A DNA stretch of 64,000 nucleotides from Acetobacteraceae bacterium (lineage in GTDB: Bacteria; Pseudomonadota; Alphaproteobacteria; Acetobacterales; Acetobacteraceae). Shown one piece after another: positions 37,412 through 45,414 of the stretch. Made by a program: the position numbers and the translations under genes. The DNA lies in NCBI GenBank assembly GCA_965213845.1, contig CBDCAI010000007.1:19818-83817 (forward strand). The letters run 5' to 3'. Under the pieces are notes generated by a model. It saw nothing but the letters and a program-made list of their open reading frames with translations, was not told the DNA's origin and ran no database searches. Position 1 is the stretch's first letter, and every line of letters starts with the position of its first letter.

Positions 37412-38640
37412 TGCAGGACCTGCTGCTCATCAGCCACCGCATCCCCTACCCGCCGGACAAGGGCGAGAAGATCCGTGGGCTGCACCTGCTCAAGCACCTC
37501 GCGAAGTCCTACCGCGTCCATCTCGGCTGCCTGATCGACAGCCCCGAGGACGTCGCCCACATCGACACCCTGCGCGAGTGGTGCACCGACGTCGCCGGCT
37601 TCACCATGGACAAGCGCCGCCAGAAGATCGCCGCCCTCGCCCGCTTCCGCCCGGGCCGGCCGCTGATGCTGGACTACTACCGGCAGCCGGACCTGCAGCG
37701 CTGGGTGGACGCCAAGCTGGCCGCGCAGCGCTTCGACGTCGTCTACGTCTTCTCCGTTGCCATGATGCCCTACGTGCAGACGTTGCGGCAGCCGGGAATG
37801 GTGCTGGATGCGCAGGACATCGATAGCGAGAAGTGGTCCACCTACGCCGAGACCGCCCCCTTCCCGATGCGCCTGGTCTGGGCCCGCGAAGGCCGCACGC
37901 TGCTGGCCTACGAGCGGCAGTCCGCCATGGCCTGCGACGCCACCCTGTTCGTCTCCCCGCAGGAAACCGCGCGCTTCGCCCACCTGGCACCCGAGACCGC
38001 CGGCCGCATCCACGCGGTGGAGAACGGCGTCGATCTGGAACGGTTCTCCCCCTCCCACACCTTCGACACGCCCTTCGACACGCCGGGCCCGCACCTCGTC
38101 TTCACCGGGAACATGGATTACTGGCCCAATGCGGACGCTGTGATCTGGTTCACAGCCGAAGTCCTGCCCGGCCTCCGGGCTGCGCGGCCTGGCCTGCGGT
38201 TCCACATCGTCGGCGCCAATCCCGGCAAGGACGTGACGCGCCTGGCCGGGCCCGGCGTCGTGGTCACGGGCCGCGTGCCCGACGTCCGGCCCTATGTCGC
38301 CCATGCCGACGTCTGCGTCGCCCCGCTGCGCATCGCCCGCGGCATCCAGAACAAGGTGCTCGAAGCCATGGCCATGGCGCGCCCCGTCGTCGCCTCCCCG
38401 CAAGCCTTCGAGGGCGTCCGGGCCGTGGCAGGCCAGGACCTTCTGGTCGCCGACGGGGTGCAGCCGACGATCGCGACCATCCTCTCGGTGCTGGAGGGCG
38501 CACACCCCGGCCTCGCTGCCGCGGGGCGCCGCGCGGTCGAGGGCGGGTACGCCTGGTCCGCCACCCTGTCCCGCCTCGACACCATCCTCGCCGCCCTGCC
38601 GCCCGGCCATGCAGGCGCACCGGCGCAGGCAGAACCGTGA
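37411..38640 (+). CDS. glycosyltransferase, PEP-CTERM/EpsH1-system associated (stp1-like)
   Basis: TGATG junction with the upstream gene. The N-terminus MQDLLLISHRIPYPPDKGEKIRGLHLLKHLA matches the stp1 family signature. C-terminal GT-B motif GIQNKVLEAMAMARPVV. Confidence 0.8.
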   Translation: MQDLLLISHRIPYPPDKGEKIRGLHLLKHLAKSYRVHLGCLIDSPEDVAHIDTLREWCTDVAGFTMDKRRQKIAALARFRPGRPLMLDYYRQPDLQRWVDAKLAAQRFDVVYVFSVAMMPYVQTLRQPGMVLDAQDIDSEKWSTYAETAPFPMRLVWAREGRTLLAYERQSAMACDATLFVSPQETARFAHLAPETAGRIHAVENGVDLERFSPSHTFDTPFDTPGPHLVFTGNMDYWPNADAVIWFTAEVLPGLRAARPGLRFHIVGANPGKDVTRLAGPGVVVTGRVPDVRPYVAHADVCVAPLRIARGIQNKVLEAMAMARPVVASPQAFEGVRAVAGQDLLVADGVQPTIATILSVLEGAHPGLAAAGRRAVEGGYAWSATLSRLDTILAALPPGHAGAPAQAEP

Positions 38641-38653
38641 TACAACGGCGGCC

Positions 38654-40159
38654 ATGAGCGCCTTCCTCACCCGATCGACCACACGCGGCACCACCGCCGT
38701 CAGCTACCTCGCCCTGACCGGCGGGCTGGGGGTGCTCGTCGGGCTGTTCTGGCCCGAGTGCCGGGCGGCGGTTTCCGTCTGGATCGCCTCCACCGCCTAC
38801 GGTCACTGCTTCCTCGTGGCGCCCATCTCCGCCTACCTGATCTGGGAGCGGCGCGAGAGCCTGCGCGGCCTGGTTCCGCAGATCACGCCGGCCTACGCCC
38901 TGCTCGGCCTGCCGCTGCCGCTCGCCTGGCTCGCAGCGGAACGGCTGGGCATCATGGAAGGGCGGCAGCTGGTGATGCTGGCCACGGCCGAGGTGCTGTT
39001 CCTGACCGTGCTCGGCTGGCGGCTGTATCGCGCGCTGATGGGCCCGCTGCTATACCTTGTGTTCCTCGTCCCGTTCGGCGCCTTCATCACCCCCCTGCTG
39101 CAGACGTTCACCGCCCACTTCATCGACATCGGGCTCAACGTGCTCGGCGTGCCGCACTACGTGACGGACATGACGATCGAGATCGGCGCCGGCACCTTCT
39201 ATGTGGCGGAGGCCTGCGCGGGGCTGCGCTTCCTCATCGCCTCCATCGCGTTCGGCGTCTTCTTCGCCCTGCTGAACTACAACAGCACCGGCCGGCGTGT
39301 CGCCTTCATGCTCGCCTCCATCGCCATCCCCGTCGTCGCCAACGGGTTCCGGGCGCTCGGCATCGTCGTGCTGGGCGGTATCCTGGGCAGTGCCGAGGCG
39401 GCGGCGGCGGACCATATCATCTACGGCTGGGTGTTCTTCTCGTTCGTGATGCTGCTGCTGGTCGCGGCCGGGCTGCCATTCCGGGAGCCGCTGCCGCAGG
39501 CCCAGCCGCAGCCGCCCGCGCCGCCGCTGCACGCCCCGGCCTGGGCCGTGGCCGTCGTGCTGGCCATCGCTGCGCTGGGCCCGGCGACGGCTCTGGCGCT
39601 CGACACACGCGTTGCCCCGGCGCAGCTGGCGGCGGCACCCCGTTTCGTCGCGCCCGCCGGATGCACCCTCCGCACCGCCGAGGACGGCATGCCGGACCAG
39701 GCCGGCTTCGCCATGGACTGCGGCGCACGGCGCTGGTCCATCACCGTTCGGGCGATGCCGGCGCGCAGCACCGCCGCCGCGGTGAACGACGCCCGGACAC
39801 GGCTGATCGGCCCGCTGGACGGCGACGAGGTCGTGACCGGGCCGCTGAGCGGTGCGCCGGGCTGGACCTCCATCGTGTCCCATGTGCCCACGCAGGTGAC
39901 CGGCCTGTCCACCTGGGTCGATGGGCGTCTGGCGACCGGCGGGGTCGCGCAACGCCTGCTGCAGGCCCGCCAGTCCATGACCGGTGGCGACTACCAGCCC
40001 GCCGTGATCGCCGTCACCGCGCGCCCGCCCGGCCTGGCCACGGAGACGGAGCTCCACGCCCTGGTCGCCGACCTCGGCCAGTTCGTCGCGGCCCAGCCGG
40101 ACCTCGGAGCCCAGATGGCCCGCGTCACGGCGACCAGCTCTCCGCCCCCTCGGCCGTGA
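38654..40159 (+). CDS. xrtA: exosortase A (XrtA) fused to a C-terminal EpsI-family domain
   Basis: Polytopic N-terminal half with the exosortase motifs YGHCFLVAP, VAEACAGLRFL (Cys188, codon 39215-17), PVVANGFRALG (Arg) and DHIIYGWVFF (His). One more TM follows, then a ~200-aa periplasmic EpsI-like domain. Confidence 0.8.
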   Translation: MSAFLTRSTTRGTTAVSYLALTGGLGVLVGLFWPECRAAVSVWIASTAYGHCFLVAPISAYLIWERRESLRGLVPQITPAYALLGLPLPLAWLAAERLGIMEGRQLVMLATAEVLFLTVLGWRLYRALMGPLLYLVFLVPFGAFITPLLQTFTAHFIDIGLNVLGVPHYVTDMTIEIGAGTFYVAEACAGLRFLIASIAFGVFFALLNYNSTGRRVAFMLASIAIPVVANGFRALGIVVLGGILGSAEAAAADHIIYGWVFFSFVMLLLVAAGLPFREPLPQAQPQPPAPPLHAPAWAVAVVLAIAALGPATALALDTRVAPAQLAAAPRFVAPAGCTLRTAEDGMPDQAGFAMDCGARRWSITVRAMPARSTAAAVNDARTRLIGPLDGDEVVTGPLSGAPGWTSIVSHVPTQVTGLSTWVDGRLATGGVAQRLLQARQSMTGGDYQPAVIAVTARPPGLATETELHALVADLGQFVAAQPDLGAQMARVTATSSPPPRP

Positions 40160-41162
40160 AGTGAACGCCGCCGGCGGTGCCGCCGGCTTCGTTCAACGCG
40201 CGGATCACCTGCATGCGCCGGGGCGGCGGCACCAGGAACATCATGAACCCGCCCCCGCCCGCCCCCGAAACCTTGCCGCCCAAGGCCCCGGCAGCGCGCC
40301 CGCTTTCCCACAGCGTCTCGATCAGCGGCGTGCTGATGCCATCGGCCGTCCGCTTCTTCGCCGCCCAGGAGCGGTTCAGCACCGCCGCCATGTGCGAGAC
40401 CTCGCCCCGCAGCAGCGCCAGCTTCATCTCGATCGCGTCCGACTTCAGCTGATGCAGGTCGGCCAGGTCCTTGCCGGGACCGGTCATGCGGCGGGTCTGG
40501 TCCTTGATGATCGTCTCGGACTGGCGGGACACGCCGGTGAAGCAGATGACCGTCGACGTCTCCAGCTCGTTCAGCAGCCCTGTCGACACTCGTAGCGGGT
40601 TCACGATCACGCGGCTGTCGGCCAGGAACTCGATGAAGTTGGCCCCCCCGAACGTCGCCGCATACTGGTCCTGCTTGCCGCCCGCCAGACCCAGCTCCAC
40701 CCGCTCGACCTTGAAGGCGGTGTGCGCCACGTCGTAGCGGCCCAGCGGCAGGCCGAGATAGGTGCGGAACGCCTCGACCAGCGCCACGACCAGCGCCGAG
40801 CTGGAGCCGAGCCCCGACCCGGCGGGAGCATCCACGAACGACGTGATCCGCAATGGCGACACCCGGCCCTCGCAGAACGTGCGGACCATATGGCCCAGCA
40901 CCCCGGCATGCAGCTGCAGGCCGGCCCCGGCGATGGCGTCCAGGTCCGGCGCGAAACACTCCTCCGTCGCCATGTCGGGCGCGATGAAGTGCACCTGCCC
41001 GTCCTCCGACGGCTCGATGAACGCATAGGCGTAGCGGTCGATCGTGATGTTCAGCACCGCGCCGCCATGCTCGTCGCAATAGGGGCTGAGGTCCGTGCCA
41101 CCGCCCGCCAGCCCCAGCCTGAGCGGAACGCGGGCACGGACGACGGGCGAGCGTGGGATCAT
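40125..41162 (-). CDS. hddA: GHMP-family sugar kinase, D-glycero-alpha-D-manno-heptose 7-phosphate kinase (HddA)-like
   Basis: ATG at 41162 (MIPRSPVVRARVPLRLGLAGGGTDL). GHMP motif PAGSGLGSSSA. C-terminal GKVSGAGGGGFMMF. Operon context with gmhA and hddC-gmhB. Confidence 0.75.
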   Translation of the reverse strand: MIPRSPVVRARVPLRLGLAGGGTDLSPYCDEHGGAVLNITIDRYAYAFIEPSEDGQVHFIAPDMATEECFAPDLDAIAGAGLQLHAGVLGHMVRTFCEGRVSPLRITSFVDAPAGSGLGSSSALVVALVEAFRTYLGLPLGRYDVAHTAFKVERVELGLAGGKQDQYAATFGGANFIEFLADSRVIVNPLRVSTGLLNELETSTVICFTGVSRQSETIIKDQTRRMTGPGKDLADLHQLKSDAIEMKLALLRGEVSHMAAVLNRSWAAKKRTADGISTPLIETLWESGRAAGALGGKVSGAGGGGFMMFLVPPPRRMQVIRALNEAGGTAGGVHFTAEGAESWSP

Positions 41163-42430
41163 GGAACGGCCTCGGGTGCGGGCTGGAGGTGGGAGGCGGC
41201 GTCCAGCAGCGGCCCCACGAAGGCGGCGAGGTTGCCACCCGTTGGGAACAGGTGCCCGGGCATCCCGGCGGCGGCGGCGGCCTGCATGTCCGTCGGTTGG
41301 TCGCCGACGAACAGGCAGCGGGCCGGGTCCAGCCGCCACGCGCGCAGCAGGTCCAGGATCATGCCGGGCGCGGGCTTGCGCCAGTCGCTGACCCGGCGGT
41401 ACTCCGCCACCTCGGCCTCGGGGTGATACGGGCAGTAGCGCCAATCGTCGATCGTACCGCCCGCCGCGAGCACCTCGTCCAGCATCCAGCGGTGCAGCGC
41501 CTGCAGCTGCGCCTCGGTGTAGAAGCCGCGCGCCACGCCGGACTGGTTGGTCACGATGAACACATGCCAGCCGCGCCGCGTGGCCTCGGCGATGGCCGCC
41601 TTGGCCCCCGGCACCCACTCGAACCGCTCCCGCGTGCCGACCCAGCCGTGGTCCAGGTTGCAGACCCCGTCACGATCCAGGAACAGCGCCGGCCGCCCCA
41701 GCCGATCCGGCAGTTGCTGCTGCGCGCGGGTCAGGTCGTCGGGGATGCCGATGTCGATGAACCAGCCGTCCTGCGCCACCCCATCCAGCCGCCCGGCCTC
41801 GGCCAGCTGCGGCAGCACGTCCTGCTCCAGCGAGCATTGCGGCGTCACATGATCCAGGATCTGCCGCTCGAACACATAGACCCCGCCGTTGATGATTCCG
41901 GGGCGCCCTGCCTGGTCCGGCCCGGGCCGGGGCTGGAACCGCGCGATCGCACCGTCCGGGTTCAGCGACACCAGCCCGTAGCGGGACGCATCCGCGACCG
42001 GGCGCAGCATCAGCACACCCAGCTTGCGCAAAGCCGGATCGCCCGGGGCCCCGGCGTGCAGCGCCGGACCCAGGATGCAGTCGAGGAACGAGTCCCCGTT
42101 CACCAGCAGGAACCGGTCGTGCAGCAGCGCCCGTGCATGGTGCAGCGCCCCGCCCGTTCCCGCGCGGACGGGCTCGCGGCTGAGGCGGATCGCCATCGGT
42201 TTGGGCAGGCTCGCGAGCAGTGCCGGCAACGACTGGGCCACGACCTCGGACAGGTGCCCGGTCAGCAGCACCGCCTCCTCGATGCCGAAGCGTGACAGCT
42301 CCTGCAGCAGCCATGACAGGAACGGGCGTCCGGCGACGGGGAGCATCGGTTTCGGCACGTCGGCCACCAGCGCACCCAGCCGGGTCCCGAGGCCGCCGAC
42401 CAGCACGGCGCATTGCCGGACGGCCGTCAC
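41159..42430 (-). CDS. bifunctional heptose-1-phosphate nucleotidyltransferase (HddC-like) / D,D-heptose 1,7-bisphosphate phosphatase (GmhB)
   Basis: GTG start. The N-terminal half is an NTP_transferase (VLVGGLGTRLG...KPMLPV). The C-terminal half is HAD GmhB (FLDRDGVCN, VTNQSGVARG, DWRKPAPGM, VGDQPTDMQAA). Confidence 0.75.
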   Translation of the reverse strand: MTAVRQCAVLVGGLGTRLGALVADVPKPMLPVAGRPFLSWLLQELSRFGIEEAVLLTGHLSEVVAQSLPALLASLPKPMAIRLSREPVRAGTGGALHHARALLHDRFLLVNGDSFLDCILGPALHAGAPGDPALRKLGVLMLRPVADASRYGLVSLNPDGAIARFQPRPGPDQAGRPGIINGGVYVFERQILDHVTPQCSLEQDVLPQLAEAGRLDGVAQDGWFIDIGIPDDLTRAQQQLPDRLGRPALFLDRDGVCNLDHGWVGTRERFEWVPGAKAAIAEATRRGWHVFIVTNQSGVARGFYTEAQLQALHRWMLDEVLAAGGTIDDWRYCPYHPEAEVAEYRRVSDWRKPAPGMILDLLRAWRLDPARCLFVGDQPTDMQAAAAAGMPGHLFPTGGNLAAFVGPLLDAASHLQPAPEAVP

Positions 42431-42464
42431 GCCGGCGGCGCCGCCGTCCCGTGCCGCCGCGGCA

Positions 42465-43061
42465 TCAGGCGGCCTGGGGGAAGACAGCGCGTTCGACCAA
42501 CGAGCAGACGATGTGCGCGGCGATCATATGGATCTGCTGGATCACCGGGGTCAGCGTGGAGGGTGCGCGCAGCAGAAGGTCCGTTCTGCCCAGCATCGCG
42601 CCCCCATCCGCCCCGGCGAAACCCACCGTGGTGAGCCTGCCCGTTGCCGCCGCATCGAGCGCCAGCATCACGTTGGGCGAGTTGCCGGAGGTCGACAGGA
42701 CCATCAGCACGTCGCCAGGCCGCCCGATGGCCCGGACCTGCCGTTCGAACACCTTCTCGAACCCGTAATCGTTGCCGATGGCAGTCAGGGCGGAGGTATC
42801 GGTGGTCAGCGCCACCGCGGCCAGCGGGTCACGGTTGTATAGCATGCGGCCGGTGAACTCGGCGGCGATGTGCTGCGCGTCCCCCGCGCTGCCGCCGTTG
42901 CCGGCGATCAGCAACTTCCCGCCCTGCCGGAGTGACTGCACGATGGCGGTGGTGATGCGGTCCAGCAGCGCCGTCTGCGCCGGGTCGGTGCTGTAGGCCT
43001 GCACGGCCGCCACCGACTGCGCGAGGTAATCGGCGACGAAGGCCTGGTCGGCGGCAAGCAT
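42465..43061 (-). CDS. gmhA: D-sedoheptulose 7-phosphate isomerase (SIS domain)
   Basis: Motifs GNGGSAGDAQHIAAEF, LTTDTSALTAIGNDYG, STSGNSPNV and IQQIHMIAAH match GmhA. Confidence 0.85.
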   Translation of the reverse strand: MLAADQAFVADYLAQSVAAVQAYSTDPAQTALLDRITTAIVQSLRQGGKLLIAGNGGSAGDAQHIAAEFTGRMLYNRDPLAAVALTTDTSALTAIGNDYGFEKVFERQVRAIGRPGDVLMVLSTSGNSPNVMLALDAAATGRLTTVGFAGADGGAMLGRTDLLLRAPSTLTPVIQQIHMIAAHIVCSLVERAVFPQAA

Positions 43062-43084
43062 GGGCGACCCCGGCTGACGCGGGC

Positions 43085-44626
43085 TTAGATCGTGCCGCCC
43101 GGTTTCAACAGCCGGATCATGAGCCCGCCATAGACGACGGCCGGCACGGCCAAGGCCAGGCCAAAGCTCGACACCGCGATCAGCCGGCGGCTGAACGGCA
43201 CGGAGGCCGCCAGCATCGACACGCCGCCGACCACGGGGAACCCCAGCTCCCGCAGGTCTTCCAGCGAATGGAACGACTGGTCCATCTGCACCAGCAGGAA
43301 CGCGAGCGCCGACCCGGCCCCCAACGCGGCCGCCAGCACGCCCGACACGAGCAGGATGCGCTTCGGCGCAACCGGGATCTGCGGCACCGAGGGCGGGTCG
43401 ATGACCTGGATCTTTACCTTATCGCCCTCCGCGTCGGCTGCGGTCGAGATGCGCATCGACTCCCGACGGCTCGTCAGGTCGTCGTAGTTCCGCTTCAGCA
43501 CGTCGTAGTCGCGGTTGAGGTTCGTGAACTCGGCCGCCAGGCCCGGCGCGCCGCGGGCGATGTCCTGCAGGCGGTCCCGCTCCTTCAGGCCTTCGGCGAT
43601 CTGGCGCTGCAGCGACGACACCACGGCGTCGTTCTCCACCAGCCGGACCTTCAGCTGCTCGAACACCGGGTTCGGCGCCGACCGGCTGCGCGCCGGCGTT
43701 CCGGCCGAGGAGGTGGGCGCGCCCGGCTCCGGCCCCATGGCGCCCGACTTGATGCTGGCGATCAGGTTGCGCTGCGAGATGACGTCCGGGTTGGCTTCGG
43801 TGTACTTCAGGCGAAGCTCCGCAAGCACCCGCTCGGCCTCGCGCAGCCGGACGGACCCTGCGGTCACGCCCGCCACCGCGGCGTCGGTCTCCGTCACCAC
43901 CATCGGCGAGGTCGTCGACAACTCCTTCGCGAGGGTCTCGCGCCGGGCCAGCGCGTCCTGCAGCTGCCCCTGCAGCAGTCGCACGCTGCCGTTCTGCGCA
44001 TCGAGCTTGTTCACGCCGCCGTCGCCCGGCAGCAGGTCGATGTACCGCGTCCGGAACTCCGCCCGGCGCCGCTCCGCGTCCCGCAGCTGCCGCTCGTACG
44101 ACGCGATCTGGTCGGTCAGGAACTTCGTCGCCGTCTCCACCTCGGACCGGTTGGTGCCCGTCTTGCTCTCGACGAACGTCGCCAGCATCGTCCGCACCAC
44201 GTCGTACGCCAGGCGCGGCGACTTGTTGCGGTAGGTGATGCTGAACAGGTTGCGGGTCTGCGGCGTGATCCGGATCTCGGTGCCCAGGCGGTCGATCATC
44301 TGTTCCCGGTCGGCCAGGTTCGTCAGCTCCAGCTCCAGGTTCGTCTTGCTGATCAGCTTGTCCAGGTTCGGCCGGCTCAGCAGCGTCCGCTGCAGCATGT
44401 CCACCTGGCCCGAGTTGGTCGTGTCCACCGCCAGCCCGCGCAGCAGCGGCGTCAGCACCGCGTCCGCGTCCACATACATGCGGGCGCTCGACTCGTACTG
44501 GTTCGGGATGGCGAACACCGCCGCCCAGCCCACCGCGCACACCAGCCAGGCGAACAGGACGGCCTGCCAGCGATAATGCCAGGCCGCCGTGAGCTGGCGA
44601 TAGACCAAGATGCGCAAGCCGTTCAT
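43085..44626 (-). CDS. polysaccharide chain-length determinant protein, PEP-CTERM locus subfamily (Wzz/EpsF-like)
   Basis: N-terminal TM (WQAVLFAWLVCAVGWAAVFAI), then PNQYESSARMYVD, a long coiled-coil periplasmic region, and C-terminal TMs. Confidence 0.8.
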   Translation of the reverse strand: MNGLRILVYRQLTAAWHYRWQAVLFAWLVCAVGWAAVFAIPNQYESSARMYVDADAVLTPLLRGLAVDTTNSGQVDMLQRTLLSRPNLDKLISKTNLELELTNLADREQMIDRLGTEIRITPQTRNLFSITYRNKSPRLAYDVVRTMLATFVESKTGTNRSEVETATKFLTDQIASYERQLRDAERRRAEFRTRYIDLLPGDGGVNKLDAQNGSVRLLQGQLQDALARRETLAKELSTTSPMVVTETDAAVAGVTAGSVRLREAERVLAELRLKYTEANPDVISQRNLIASIKSGAMGPEPGAPTSSAGTPARSRSAPNPVFEQLKVRLVENDAVVSSLQRQIAEGLKERDRLQDIARGAPGLAAEFTNLNRDYDVLKRNYDDLTSRRESMRISTAADAEGDKVKIQVIDPPSVPQIPVAPKRILLVSGVLAAALGAGSALAFLLVQMDQSFHSLEDLRELGFPVVGGVSMLAASVPFSRRLIAVSSFGLALAVPAVVYGGLMIRLLKPGGTI

Positions 44627-44675
44627 GACGCACGTTCCTCGTTCGGTGGGCTCAGGCTCGGAAGGCCGCTCTCGC

Positions 44676-45332
44676 TCAGAAGTAGCTCTGGGGGATGATC
44701 AGCGTGTCGCCCGGCAGCATGGCGACGTTCTGGTCGATCTCCCCGTCCTTGATCAGGTCCGACAGCCGGACCGGGATGGTCTGCCGCTTGCCCGCCAGCT
44801 CCCGCACCAGCACCGCGCTGTTGCCGGCGGCGTAGCGCGTCAGGCCCTTGGTCAGGATCATCACGTCCAGCAGCGTCATGCCGTCGCGATACGGAATGGC
44901 CAGCGGCTCCGTCGCCTCGCCGATCACCCGGATCTGCCGGTTCAGCGGTCCCTGGAAGCCGCTGACCATGACGGAGACGTTCGGCTCCTTCACGAACTCC
45001 TTCAGGCGGCCCTCGATATCCTTGCTGAGTTGGGTCGGCGTCTTGCCCGCTGCAATGAGGTCGGGGATCAGCGGCAGCGAAATCCGCCCGTCCGGCCGGA
45101 CCATCATGGACGCGACGCTCAGCTGCGGCGACTGGTAGACGAAGACGCTCAACGCATCGCCCGGCCCGATCTGATAAGGCGTGTTGCTCACGAACCCGGC
45201 CGGCGGCGCCTCCGGCAGCGGCGTCGGCCCGCGGATGAACGTCGAGACACTGCGATAGGCGCTGCTGCAGCCGCCCAGCAACGGAACCAGCATCGCGGCC
45301 AGCATCAGGTTGGTACGAAGGCCGCGCATCAT
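44676..45332 (-). CDS. polysaccharide export lipoprotein, PEP-CTERM-associated (Wza/EpsE-like, Poly_export + SLBB)
   Basis: ATG at 45332. Lipobox LLGGC. YQIGPGDALSVFV and GDTLIIPQSYF are typical Poly_export/SLBB motifs. The short (218 aa) form lacks the Wza C-terminal helix. Confidence 0.8.
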   Translation of the reverse strand: MMRGLRTNLMLAAMLVPLLGGCSSAYRSVSTFIRGPTPLPEAPPAGFVSNTPYQIGPGDALSVFVYQSPQLSVASMMVRPDGRISLPLIPDLIAAGKTPTQLSKDIEGRLKEFVKEPNVSVMVSGFQGPLNRQIRVIGEATEPLAIPYRDGMTLLDVMILTKGLTRYAAGNSAVLVRELAGKRQTIPVRLSDLIKDGEIDQNVAMLPGDTLIIPQSYF

Positions 45333-45414
45333 GTTCCCACTTTCCAGCTTTTTGGGGTCCGACGACGCAACAACGCCGGACCCGGCACCCGGATGCCGCT
45401 CAGGCAGGACTTTG

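Noticed and set aside
45360-45400. A sigma-54-like sequence on the minus strand upstream of the Wza-like gene (CGGCATCCGGGTGCC).
   Set aside because: The GG-to-GC spacing is one nucleotide short of the strict -24/-12 geometry, and the TTGC box is missing.
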